This document shows positions 1 through 10,925 of a DNA stretch of 64,000 nucleotides, in pieces. The notes beneath the pieces were generated by a model. That model made no database searches, had not been told where the DNA came from, and was given only the letters and a program-made list of their open reading frames with translations. Each line of letters begins with the position of its first letter. Within the stretch, counting starts at the first letter, position 1. The DNA lies in assembly GCA_963704645.1 (NCBI GenBank), contig OY969926.1:416001-480000 (forward strand), read 5' to 3'. Source of the DNA: an uncultured bacterium (lineage in GTDB: Bacteria; Patescibacteriota; JACMRA01). A program made the translations under genes and the position numbers.

Positions 1-386
1 ATATTATAGAAGTTTACCCAGCCAATATATGGCAATGTTTTATTACAAATGCTTTTTTGTGATTCTTCTATGTCACAATTTAAAAGTTTTTCAGTTTGAT
101 CTAAGCTAATGTCAGTTCTAGTAAACTGAGAAATTAAAAATTCCTGCGAATCTTTGGGTATAAAAGATATTACAAAAGTAGAAACAAACCCAGATAAAAT
201 TACAAAAGCAAATAAAACTAGGCACAAATCTAGTATTCTAGCTAAAATTCTTTTGTAGGTATGGGCGTAATTTAGTGGCTCTTCTGTTTTAAAGCCAACA
301 AAGCCGTTACCAACTGTGATAATTGGAATTTCATGGTCTAAATTAGCCTCTGGCAAAGTAGAGGTTTTGTTGAATAATTTTTTCAA
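1..386 (-). CDS. RDD family membrane protein (partial, runs off left edge)
   Basis: Manual translation from TTG at 386 gives ...PLNYAHTYKRILARILDLCLVLFAFVILSGF..., an RDD-type motif followed by a TM helix. Not in the ORF track because it is truncated. Confidence 0.6.
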   Translation of the reverse strand, partial: MKKLFNKTSTLPEANLDHEIPIITVGNGFVGFKTEEPLNYAHTYKRILARILDLCLVLFAFVILSGFVSTFVISFIPKDSQEFLISQFTRTDISLDQTEKLLNCDIEESQKSICNKTLPYIGWVNFYN

Positions 387-387
387 A

Positions 388-675
388 TTACGCTTCAGCA
401 TGTGGAAGAACGCTAAGGAAAGTTCTTTTTTGTAAGTTACCGTTGAAAGCTAACACTTTCTTCTTAGTAAATTCAACATGTCCATCAATTAAAGAAATTA
501 ATGTATCGTCACCTGTAATTTTTGTATTAGGTCCAGCATGAAACTTTGTTCCTCTTTGTCTAACTAAAATTTCCCCAGCAAATACCATTTCACTGCCAAA
601 CTTTTTGACTCCAAGTCTTTTAGATTTTGAATCTCGGTTATTACGGGTAGATCCCGCAGCTTTCTTATGTGCCAT
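388..675 (-). CDS. rpmA: 50S ribosomal protein L27
   Basis: [16 protein letters not shown]...RLGVKKFG...[13 protein letters not shown]. Confidence 0.97.
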   Translation of the reverse strand: MAHKKAAGSTRNNRDSKSKRLGVKKFGSEMVFAGEILVRQRGTKFHAGPNTKITGDDTLISLIDGHVEFTKKKVLAFNGNLQKRTFLSVLPHAEA

Positions 676-726
676 ATTTTGTGTAATTTAATAAATATTT
701 GAATATATTGTTTTAATAGTTGGATA

Positions 727-1128
727 CTAACGCTTACTCCATTGTTCGCTCTTTCTGGCTTTTCTTTTACCAGCTCTTTTGGCTAAAACTTTTCTAATAT
801 CGGTTGTAAGAAGATTGTACATTCTAAGAATTGGTCTTGTTCCTTCGTCTTTCTTAACAAGTGCTTTAGCAATAGCTAATTTTACAGCATCAGATTGACC
901 GCTTTGACCTCCACCTTTAACAAAAATTTGAATTTTGCCAGAACTAATTCCAGTTTGTTCAACTGCCATTTTTAGCTTGTTTAAGAACAAACCTTGAAAA
1001 TATTGCTCCATTGGTTTACCGTTAACTAGAATTTCTAGTGTAGGTTGGGCAAATATTTTGGCTCTTGCTGTAGATCTTTTTCTTCGGCCTACACCTTTGT
1101 GGTAGGTAGTTTCGGTACTCATAAACAT
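727..1128 (-). CDS. rpsI: 30S ribosomal protein S9
   Basis: GRRKRSTAR, GGGQSGQSDAVKLAIAKAL, C-terminal QWSKR. Confidence 0.95.
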   Translation of the reverse strand: MFMSTETTYHKGVGRRKRSTARAKIFAQPTLEILVNGKPMEQYFQGLFLNKLKMAVEQTGISSGKIQIFVKGGGQSGQSDAVKLAIAKALVKKDEGTRPILRMYNLLTTDIRKVLAKRAGKRKARKSEQWSKR

Positions 1129-1174
1129 AACTATTCCAAATCAATGCCATTCTTTTGTCAAGCATCAATTACTA

Positions 1175-1654
1175 TTAAGCTCTTTTGTAGTCGTCTTCGT
1201 ATCTGGTAATATCGTCTTCGCCAGTATATTCACCAACTTGAACTTCAACAATAACCAAAGGAATTTTACCATAATTTGCTAGTCTATGTTGGGCGTTCAT
1301 AGGAATAAAAGTGCTTTCATTTGGTGCTAAAGTTTGAACCCAATCTTTTTCGTTTTCTCCAATTCTAACTTCTACGTGAGCAGTTCCCGAAACAACTATC
1401 CAGTGTTCACTGCGATGATTATGACTTTGCAAACTTAAACGGTTATCTGGGTTAACTACAATTTTCTTAACTTTAAAGTTTGGTTTATCTTCTAAAACGT
1501 AATAGGCTCCCCAAGGGCGAACACCAATTTCTAAATAATGCTCTTCCTTAGCAGTTTCGGGAATATTGCTTAAAATTTCTTGAACTTTCTCTTGGCTTAA
1601 ATTGGCCAAATTATTAACTGAAATATTTTCAGAATCATTATTGATGTTAGACAT
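1175..1654 (-). CDS. Mannose-6-phosphate isomerase type II C-terminal cupin domain protein
   Basis: RPWG, RLSLQSHNHRSEHWIVVSG, EVQVGEYTGEDDITRYEDDY. Start moved to ATG 1654 because the longer ORF reads through a REP element. Confidence 0.85.
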   Translation of the reverse strand: MSNINNDSENISVNNLANLSQEKVQEILSNIPETAKEEHYLEIGVRPWGAYYVLEDKPNFKVKKIVVNPDNRLSLQSHNHRSEHWIVVSGTAHVEVRIGENEKDWVQTLAPNESTFIPMNAQHRLANYGKIPLVIVEVQVGEYTGEDDITRYEDDYKRA

Positions 1655-1720
1655 AACCAGTACAGAATAAGCACGGGTAAAGACAGATGTCAAGGTTAAA
1701 TGTCGTTGTAAATTATTGTC

Positions 1721-1743
1721 GTAGGGGCGAGTCCCATCTCGCC
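1721..1743 (+). repeat. GTAG-type REP palindrome
   Basis: GTAGG-GGCGAG-TCCCAT-CTCGCC. Same family as the copies at 26.2, 30.2, 41.6 and 60.1 kb. Confidence 0.7.
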
Positions 1744-1835
1744 ATATCTGGTTAAATTTACTCTGCACAATTATATTTTTACTCTCAGATTTGAGGATTT
1801 AAATTCAAAATATTTTAAAATATAAGCAAAACTTT

Positions 1836-1871
1836 AACCAAAAAAGAAAGCCTCGATTAAAACCAAGGTCT
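1836..1871 (-). terminator. Intrinsic terminator downstream of the 1884 gene
   Basis: Imperfect hairpin followed by TTTCTTTTTT on the minus strand. The 17-bp tail AACCAAAAAAGAAAGCC is identical to 2358-2374. Confidence 0.6.
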
Positions 1872-1883
1872 ATTATACATTAT

Positions 1884-2285
1884 CTAACTCATTAAAAGTT
1901 CTAATTGTTGAAGCCAAATTTTTTTCCCCAATTCAGAGAAGTCGACAGATTCAAATCCGCAAGTTTCTTTTGAAGGAAATTCTACTAATTGCCCAAGTGA
2001 TAAAGATACATATCTATACGCTTTAGCCTTTTCTGCAATATCGTTTCCATTGTACCTTTGCTTTAATGATTTAGTTATTATTACCAAATCTGGATTTATT
2101 TTTTCTATTAATTGTATAACCTCATCCAGCGGCTGGCAAGAGAATAAATTATTTTCTATGTCTTCATTCTGTGTTTCTAGGTTTCCAACAATTATTCCAA
2201 AAGTAGAATACCCTTCATTTTCTAAAATTTTAGTTAAAGCCCAGGCATGACCGTAACAAGCTGATATAACCAATATTTTAATCAA
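1884..2285 (-). CDS. Orphan pseudo-receiver (CheY-like) domain protein
   Basis: KILVI...ALTKILENEGY...EVIQLIEKINPDLVIITKSL...NGNDIA matches the REC layout, with Thr at the phosphoacceptor Asp position. TTG start at 2285 follows GGTGG. Confidence 0.55.
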   Translation of the reverse strand: MIKILVISACYGHAWALTKILENEGYSTFGIIVGNLETQNEDIENNLFSCQPLDEVIQLIEKINPDLVIITKSLKQRYNGNDIAEKAKAYRYVSLSLGQLVEFPSKETCGFESVDFSELGKKIWLQQLELLMS

Positions 2286-2357
2286 AGTAATCCACCAAAA
2301 AATACCTAGACTTTGAAAAGTTAAATTAAATAAAATGTAAAGTTTGCAAGATTTGTG

Positions 2358-2391
2358 AACCAAAAAAGAAAGCCCTCGGGTGAGGGTTTTT
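2358..2391 (-). terminator. Intrinsic terminator downstream of the 2400 gene
   Basis: Minus strand AAAACCCTC-ACCC-GAGGGCTTT-CTTTTTT. Confidence 0.75.
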
Positions 2392-2399
2392 GAAAAAAG

Positions 2400-2834
2400 T
2401 TATTCAGTGAGCTGAGTTAAATTATCCAAGTTTGGATCGGAAGTTGATGCCATGAAGAATCGGGGGCAGTTGTGAGATAAGGCGAAGAAGTTTGGATGTC
2501 TGGAGGAGATATCCGTGCAAATGCCATTTCTAAGATAGTTAGCAATTGTGGATTGATCCAGAGAGGAAATTAAGATAACATCGCAGTCGTTTTGTCTTTT
2601 GGATAAAATTTCATCCAGTACAGATAGAAAGTGAACATGATGTTCAGATGCATGATAGGTTCCAAAAATGGCAACGCGACTAAGTGTGTTTTTTTTGATT
2701 TTCCCTAATGCAGTTTCCAAATCGTCATGGTCGATACCTTTTCCTTGCTGATTTAGTACCAAGTTAAAACTTTCCAAGTCAGGCATTTGCTCATTTTCGT
2801 CGGGCAGTCTCATTAAAACTATGAGGCTATACAT
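2400..2834 (-). CDS. Hypothetical protein (orphan, alpha/beta)
   Basis: Open frame with a clear SD (AAGGAG) 6 nt before ATG 2834 and its own terminator. Confidence 0.6.
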   Translation of the reverse strand: MYSLIVLMRLPDENEQMPDLESFNLVLNQQGKGIDHDDLETALGKIKKNTLSRVAIFGTYHASEHHVHFLSVLDEILSKRQNDCDVILISSLDQSTIANYLRNGICTDISSRHPNFFALSHNCPRFFMASTSDPNLDNLTQLTE

Positions 2835-2932
2835 ATCTTTCTCCTTAAATTTCAATAATTTCTTAAACTGATTTGCCTAAGAAATATAAGCTTATAATCA
2901 CAAAATTTGGTTTAGGGCAAGGTGGGAAATTA

Positions 2933-3463
2933 CTATATAACTTTATCCACCAAACCCTTTTTCCCAAAACTTATGGCTTCCTGGACTGTTAATATTTTTA
3001 CGGGAACGCATTGTTTCTCAAACTCCAACTTGCTTATTCCGCAACGCTTAATTGTTAGATTTACAAATTGTTGATACTGAATTTCCGCATGCTCAGTATA
3101 CCTTTTTAATTCCTCGTAAGACATATCGTCGGCGTGATGGGAAGATGGGTGAAGTAAAAATCTGGTTATTTCCGTCGCTGTTCTTTCTTTTCCATATTGC
3201 AATACAACCACAGCTGCAGAACCGCACCAACCTGTAGCCAAACAATTTACAGTTTTTTTAGAAAGCCTGATATGTTCGCAAATAGCAAAAGCCGCAACCA
3301 AAGATCCGCCGCCACTACAAATTGTTATTAAAATATCTTTACAATCCTCATTTTTGTTAGCCAAATCAATTTCTTGAATAACACTTTTAGCCGAATCAAA
3401 GTTTATACCACCAAACAAATATATATTTTTAGTAAATCTCTCAGGTTTAGCTGTCTTGTTCAT
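2933..3463 (-). CDS. ClpP-like protease subunit (S14 family)
   Basis: IYLFGGI, ICSGGGS, CGSAA (catalytic Ser), LLHP (His), LTVQEAISFG...LVDKVI. Confidence 0.8.
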   Translation of the reverse strand: MNKTAKPERFTKNIYLFGGINFDSAKSVIQEIDLANKNEDCKDILITICSGGGSLVAAFAICEHIRLSKKTVNCLATGWCGSAAVVVLQYGKERTATEITRFLLHPSSHHADDMSYEELKRYTEHAEIQYQQFVNLTIKRCGISKLEFEKQCVPVKILTVQEAISFGKKGLVDKVI

Positions 3464-3689
3464 AAGAAAATTGAATTTAAACCAGATATTTTGGTCAATG
3501 TAAATTGTCTATATACAAAATACGGGTTATTAATATGTTATAAGTTTTGAAAAGCTGAGTTGTTTCAATTGTCTCATATTATGAAAAGAAACTTTCACTA
3601 AAAAGGATGGTGTTAGAGAGAATTATGGCTGATGCAACTCCAAAACCATAAAATTTTACAGTTTTAGTTTAGTTGTTTATCTAATCAGT

Positions 3690-4328
3690 ATGTCTAAAAA
3701 TAACTCATTAATAATTGCTGCGGTTGTGGTAACTTTAATAATTGTTATTGGTGGAGGAAGCTATGTTTTCTCTCAAATGAATCTATCTAATAATGAGGCT
3801 AGCAATAAACTAAGCACTTCTCGTTATAATTTTATGGAAGGCGTGGATCACTCCAAAATGAGCATGAGTATTTCCGCAATGGTTAAAGATGATGAAACTT
3901 TTTTAGCAGAAATGATTCCACATCATCAAGAAGCAATAGATACATCTAGAATTATTATAGCTAAATCAAATGATTCAGAACTTAAACAATTTGCCCAAAC
4001 TGTTATTAACGATCAAACCAAAGAAATTGATCAAATGAAGACATGGTATAAAACCTTCTTTAATAAAGATTACGCTGGTACAAGCACTAATATGATGGGT
4101 GATTTAACCAAGCTTTCTGGTACAGAATTAGATAAAGCCTATGTTAAAGGAATGATTGAACATCACCAAGGGGCAATTGATATGGCCAATAAAATTCTTA
4201 CTTTAACCCAAAGAGAAGAAATTAAAACTTTAGCTAATAATATAATTTCAAGTCAAAGCAAAGAAATATCCACACTTAAAACTTGGATGATGAGTAAATA
4301 TGATGACCGCTCAATGATGGGGATGTAG
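3690..4328 (+). CDS. DUF305 ferritin-like domain protein with N-terminal TM anchor
   Basis: Two MIxHHQxAI motifs and QxKEI repeats. Confidence 0.9.
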   Translation: MSKNNSLIIAAVVVTLIIVIGGGSYVFSQMNLSNNEASNKLSTSRYNFMEGVDHSKMSMSISAMVKDDETFLAEMIPHHQEAIDTSRIIIAKSNDSELKQFAQTVINDQTKEIDQMKTWYKTFFNKDYAGTSTNMMGDLTKLSGTELDKAYVKGMIEHHQGAIDMANKILTLTQREEIKTLANNIISSQSKEISTLKTWMMSKYDDRSMMGM

Positions 4329-4338
4329 TATCAGACTT

Positions 4339-5493
4339 TTAAAATAGCGTATTAATTAAACTGTCCATCTTTTCGAAGAAATTGGCCGAAGAAAATTGTA
4401 AACTTTGTTGTCTGCTTGCTTCTTTCATGCTTAAAGCTTTTTCTGGTGTCATTTCTTGAATGGCTTCCATTAAATCCTCAACTTTTGGGTTAGCTGGAAT
4501 TAAAATACCAGTTTCTCCATCAATAATTGTATCAATTAAAGCTCCTTCTGCTACGCCAATTACAGGTTTTCCTGCGCTCATAATTTCACACTGGGTTATA
4601 CCAGCATCTTCATTAATAGGAATAGTTATTCCAGCAATGCAATTTCCTACTAATTGGTTCAATCTTTCGTCAGTAACCAGCCCTTCAAAAACAATGTTGG
4701 TTAAATTACGCTCTTGAATAGTATTTTTCACCCATTCTTTTAGTGGTCCTGTAGAGCAAATTATCAATTTTTTATCTGGCATTCTAGCAAAAGCTTCAAT
4801 TATCATCTCTGTTCTTTTTAAAGGTTCAAGCCGAGAATAAGAAACATAATAATCTTCTTGTCCTAAAAATTTAAACCTATCAGTTTCTACGGCTGGGAAA
4901 ATTACTTCAGAATCAATTCCTACAAAATCTTTTAATCTTTTTTGAGTGTTTTCTGAATTGCTAATAATTAAATCCATTTTTAACATATCTTGCTTGTATT
5001 GCCAAACTACTAAAGCTGCAAAAAGCTTAATAAAAGGTCTGAATAAGAATGGATTTTTTTGGATATTAGATTCCAACTGATCTGTAAAAGGTCTTGGCGG
5101 TGTATGGCAATAAGCTACAAGTTTGGTCTTTGAATTTCTTAACCTAAAGGGAACTATACCTATGTTACCGCTGAAAATAACTACATCATAATTTTTTAAT
5201 TCTTCCAGTTTTGAGCTTAACAAAAAGGCTAATTGCCTCTGAATTTTCCTCCAAATTGGTATTTTACTGTCTTCGTGTAGGTACACAAATTTCCCCAATC
5301 CAGAAAATAATTGCTTAGAAAAACTGTCACTTTCCATATTATTTCTATCCCAAATTTTGGTGTCTAAAGCCCCGGTAAATAAATCGGCTTTATAGTGATC
5401 ACGTATGTGTAGAATTAATTTCTCTCCTCCTCCTTTAACTACAAAAAAAGCGTGAATAATAGCATATTTTAGCTTCCCATTTTTCTCTTTCAT
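4339..5493 (-). CDS. Glycosyltransferase family 4 (GT-B)
   Basis: GGGEK, YCHTPPR, SRLEPLKR, EDAGITQCEIMSAGKPVI. Confidence 0.9.
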   Translation of the reverse strand: MKEKNGKLKYAIIHAFFVVKGGGEKLILHIRDHYKADLFTGALDTKIWDRNNMESDSFSKQLFSGLGKFVYLHEDSKIPIWRKIQRQLAFLLSSKLEELKNYDVVIFSGNIGIVPFRLRNSKTKLVAYCHTPPRPFTDQLESNIQKNPFLFRPFIKLFAALVVWQYKQDMLKMDLIISNSENTQKRLKDFVGIDSEVIFPAVETDRFKFLGQEDYYVSYSRLEPLKRTEMIIEAFARMPDKKLIICSTGPLKEWVKNTIQERNLTNIVFEGLVTDERLNQLVGNCIAGITIPINEDAGITQCEIMSAGKPVIGVAEGALIDTIIDGETGILIPANPKVEDLMEAIQEMTPEKALSMKEASRQQSLQFSSANFFEKMDSLINTLF

Positions 5494-5777
5494 ATATAAG
5501 GTAATACGAATTGGTAAACAGTTTGTCAAAGGGTGGAAATAAATTTTCTGGATATGAATATTAGTACTTCAGATTAAGTTAGCACCCTAAATTTATTTTA
5601 GTAGACTTATGTTTGATTGTCTTGATTGAACCAAATTTTGAATTTTATCCAAGTGAAGGAAAGTTGAAGAAACAAATCCCTATCCTCGGAAAAAGGTTGC
5701 CATACTCTTTCCTAAATACTCTACAAACAAAACAGCCACATCAAAGTGGCCGACACATCAAGCTATTTTTTATAAAT

Positions 5778-7274
5778 TTAGAATAAGTTTCTAATATCTA
5801 TTTTTCTTTTTGCAGATCCATTTTCTTCAGGCTTATTAGTTTTATTTTCTTCGGAAGAGCTATTTGTGGAATCCATTTTCTGCAAGCTATTTAATTTGTC
5901 TCTAGAATTATCCTTGGAAGTATCTTTAGAGTTTGGATCAGATAAAAGTTGTTCTAATTTGGAAACTTTGGCCATTAGCAATTCTAACTTTTTCTCGTTG
6001 GCTTCACCGTTACCAAAAACATCAACACTAGATTTACCAGAGTTGTTGGAATTTTGTCTCATATTAGATTCTAATTCTTTCTGAATTCTGTAAAATCTGT
6101 CTAAATCGCGTCTTGAATCTTCAACTTGCAAAGTTAAATCTCTAATAGCAATTCTGCTTTCTTCTTCCTTCTTGTTCAATCTTTCTGCTAAAGAAATATT
6201 CTGGTCGTTCATTTCCAGAAGCTTTGCAGTCATTCCTTCAACATAGTCGGCTACACCTTCAATGCCAATCATTAAATCCATAACTTTGGCTAAAAAACTA
6301 CCGTAATTGTCTTGATATTCTTTCTGGGAAACATAACTTTTCTCTCTGCTTTCTTGAAAATCTTGGTACAATTTTTCTAAACTAGTTCTAGCTGCAATTT
6401 CACGTAATTTGGTGAAACTAAAAGGGTTTTTCTTAGCTTGGTTGCTTTGTCCAGGGTTATTTCTACCGGTATTGTCTGAACTTTCTGCGTCTGTGTTTAA
6501 TTTAGTCTCTGAAAAATCTTGTCTATCTTGAGATCTTCTTTGGTTTTGGTTTCTTCCTTTCGGTGCATTATTTTGGAAAGTGAACTCGTCAGAGCTTGGA
6601 GTTTTATTTTCTAAAACAGGATTTGGAGCATATTTTGATTGCCCAAATTGCTTAGCGTTTGCATCAAAATCTGGTTGAGAATTTTGATTATTAGATTGAA
6701 CTGCTTGTTGATTAATATTGTTGTTTTTTGGTTTTGGCTGGTTATCAGAGGGCTTAGCAAAACTTGCAACTTCAGGTACTGGGTTAATTAAAGGAATTTC
6801 TGGTTGTGCTAAAGCTGGTTTAGAAGGTTTGTTTTCACTTCCAACATCAATGGAATTATTTGGGATTAAAACTTCAGTTTTTATTTCTGGCTTTAGTATT
6901 TCTGGAGTGGCTGTTTCTTCTGGAATGTTAATAGCAACAGGCTCAGTAATTTGTACAGAATTTAAACTTTGGGCTGGTTGGCTTGTAACTTGCTCGGTTG
7001 GAGCAACGCTTGGCGATACAATTGTTGGAATCACTTCTGTGTTTTGAACTTTGGCAGAATCTGATGCTAAATTAAAACCTTCTGGAATAACTTCTTTTTG
7101 GTTTTCTACCCACATGGCGTGAAGAGTTTCTACTAATTCATTTTGTTGTTCTACGCTGGCATTTTCTAGCCAATTAGTCCATTCTTGTTTTTCTTCCGGG
7201 CTAAGAAAATAGCTAGAATTTATTGCTTCATTTGGTTTAATTGGAAAACCGTCTGGGTAAGAGATTGGCTGCAT
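5778..7274 (-). CDS. Hypothetical protein: small helical N-domain, long P/N/Q-rich disordered linker, C-terminal coiled coil
   Basis: 498-aa ORF; architecture inferred from composition. Confidence 0.7.
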   Translation of the reverse strand: MQPISYPDGFPIKPNEAINSSYFLSPEEKQEWTNWLENASVEQQNELVETLHAMWVENQKEVIPEGFNLASDSAKVQNTEVIPTIVSPSVAPTEQVTSQPAQSLNSVQITEPVAINIPEETATPEILKPEIKTEVLIPNNSIDVGSENKPSKPALAQPEIPLINPVPEVASFAKPSDNQPKPKNNNINQQAVQSNNQNSQPDFDANAKQFGQSKYAPNPVLENKTPSSDEFTFQNNAPKGRNQNQRRSQDRQDFSETKLNTDAESSDNTGRNNPGQSNQAKKNPFSFTKLREIAARTSLEKLYQDFQESREKSYVSQKEYQDNYGSFLAKVMDLMIGIEGVADYVEGMTAKLLEMNDQNISLAERLNKKEEESRIAIRDLTLQVEDSRRDLDRFYRIQKELESNMRQNSNNSGKSSVDVFGNGEANEKKLELLMAKVSKLEQLLSDPNSKDTSKDNSRDKLNSLQKMDSTNSSSEENKTNKPEENGSAKRKIDIRNLF

Positions 7275-7436
7275 ACTATTGTTTGTTAAAAATTAACTTT
7301 TACCTTTTCATTATATCAGATAAAATGTCTTTTGACTAGTAAAACAAATTACAACATTTTTATTTCATTTCACCCTGCCAAAATCAGTTCCTTGACGAAA
7401 TCTAAAAATACAGGGCATTTTAAATTTAAATAGTGT

Positions 7437-8042
7437 ATGGCGTTCAATAATTTTCATAGATTGCCAACTCGAAATCAGAGTAGTCTTGTTACCCAATTGC
7501 ATAAACTAATCCATTATTATGGCGAGATTTTTCCTGCCCGAGATAGATCTTATCTTAAAACTCTAACCTCTTTAGAAAAATCTATATATTGGCTTGAAGA
7601 TGAGGAAAAAAAGATGGTTGCTACCGCAATTGTTGATCCGAATCACCACATTAAATTAGATGATTTAGATTTGGTAGTTCTTGGTTATTTAATCTCAAGA
7701 AGGCCAGGGCAAATTGATAGAATTTTGGCTCACGTCTGGTCTGATTACGAATTAAAAAGTATTTTACTTTTATCTAGACCTGCTTTGGCAGCTGCAATTA
7801 ATAAAGAAGATTTAGGCTTAGTTGCCCTGTCTCCTTTAGAATTGGAGCAATTTTGGCCACACTTGGCTAATATAAAAACCAATTTTTTCAATATATCCAA
7901 TGAAACACTATCCAAGGCTTTAGATAGAAAAAACTATCAAGTGTTTTTAAGAATAACAGAAGAAGATAAACAAACCTTGGCTAAAACCAACCCTGAATTA
8001 GTTAAATTAATTAGAAATAAGGAAGTAGAACTTGCAAAATAG
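7437..8042 (+). CDS. Hypothetical protein (possible degenerate GNAT fold)
   Basis: 201-aa ORF followed by hairpin AGTGCTT-AA-AGGCACT and a T-tract. The fold guess is weak. Confidence 0.6.
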   Translation: MAFNNFHRLPTRNQSSLVTQLHKLIHYYGEIFPARDRSYLKTLTSLEKSIYWLEDEEKKMVATAIVDPNHHIKLDDLDLVVLGYLISRRPGQIDRILAHVWSDYELKSILLLSRPALAAAINKEDLGLVALSPLELEQFWPHLANIKTNFFNISNETLSKALDRKNYQVFLRITEEDKQTLAKTNPELVKLIRNKEVELAK

Positions 8043-8239
8043 TTTTATATTTTGCTATGCAGAATGAGTGCTTAAAGGCACTTTTTTTGTTTTAATATTA
8101 TATTTCATATTATTTTTTTTGGTATTTTTTGGTAGATTACACGGTTTGTTGAAAGTGAAGAAATAATGAGAAAATAAGCATAATTACAATATTTTCATGT
8201 GTTGGGGTAAAATATAAAAGTTATTTTCTTAGTTTATTC

Positions 8240-8269
8240 TTGACAAAAGTTTAGACTTTGTTCTATTCT
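8240..8269 (+). promoter_or_regulatory. sigma70-type promoter of the 16S gene
   Basis: TTGACA-N18-TATTCT upstream of the rRNA leader. Confidence 0.6.
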
Positions 8270-8352
8270 GATAAGGAACTTCTAGCAAGAAAATTCGAGA
8301 TTAACATTTGGAAGATGTACCTTTAATGTTTTATATGTACGATATATTTAGG

Positions 8353-10055
<1,703 letters not shown>

Positions 10056-10132
10056 TTTGAATATAACTTCTAACACATAACGATACATCTTTCCAAATAA
10101 TTTTTCTAATTTTCTTATAAAAGTTCGCATTT

Positions 10133-10156
10133 AATTCCCCGTAAGGGGAGTTTTTT
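10133..10156 (+). terminator. Intrinsic terminator ending the 16S transcript
   Basis: AATTCCCC-GTAA-GGGGAGTT followed by a T-run. Confidence 0.8.
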
Positions 10157-10202
10157 GTTTTTGACAGAAGAAGTTAGCAAGTATTTGTTTAACTTAACAA
10201 TT

Positions 10203-10850
10203 ATGTCTAGTAATATTTTACCTTTAGAAAAAGTAATTGAAATACTTAAAACATCAAATCTTCCAGGATTGGTAGGTGGTGAGAAATATATTTTAAGTTA
10301 TTATAAACGTGATCCAACGGCATTTACTTATTGGTATAATAAAGCAGAATATCATTCTAACGAAAGAAATAAAAATGGTTTGGGTGGTTCAAGTTATTCA
10401 CTTTGGATTGCTGCAAATTATGTATGTGGTAAATTAGACTATCCTCATACCTTTTATTGCAAATATTGTATGCTAAATTTCCATGAGACGAATGAATTAA
10501 AGCCTCAATTTGAACATTTTTTACCAAGAGTACAGCGCCCATCAAACATTAATGAAGCCTGTGATTTTTGTAATAAATTAAAAGCTGATAAAACACCTGA
10601 GTATTTCTGGGATCAGTTGTCCGATGAGAAAATTATAAAAGGTTTGCAACCACTTAACAAGCATTTTCTTCCGCTAATCGTTAGGTATAATTCGTCTTTA
10701 GAAAAGCATAATTGGAGAACTTTAGATTGGAAATATTTTATGATAACTTTTGCTAAAAATGATTTTGGGATTGAAATTATAGATGATAATCAGTTTGAAG
10801 TTATAAGAAAATATTGCATTTTGTTTAGAAATAAATATAAGCCTAAATAA
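10203..10850 (+). CDS. HNH endonuclease domain protein
   Basis: CKYC...FEHFLP...NINEACDFCNKLK zinc-binding HNH signature. Confidence 0.8.
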   Translation: MSSNILPLEKVIEILKTSNLPGLVGGEKYILSYYKRDPTAFTYWYNKAEYHSNERNKNGLGGSSYSLWIAANYVCGKLDYPHTFYCKYCMLNFHETNELKPQFEHFLPRVQRPSNINEACDFCNKLKADKTPEYFWDQLSDEKIIKGLQPLNKHFLPLIVRYNSSLEKHNWRTLDWKYFMITFAKNDFGIEIIDDNQFEVIRKYCILFRNKYKPK

Positions 10851-10925
10851 ACCAACGCGGTATCTTTTAATAGTCTTATGAATTTAATATATATGTTTTG
10901 ACAAAAGGCCTGAGGGCGGGTTTAG

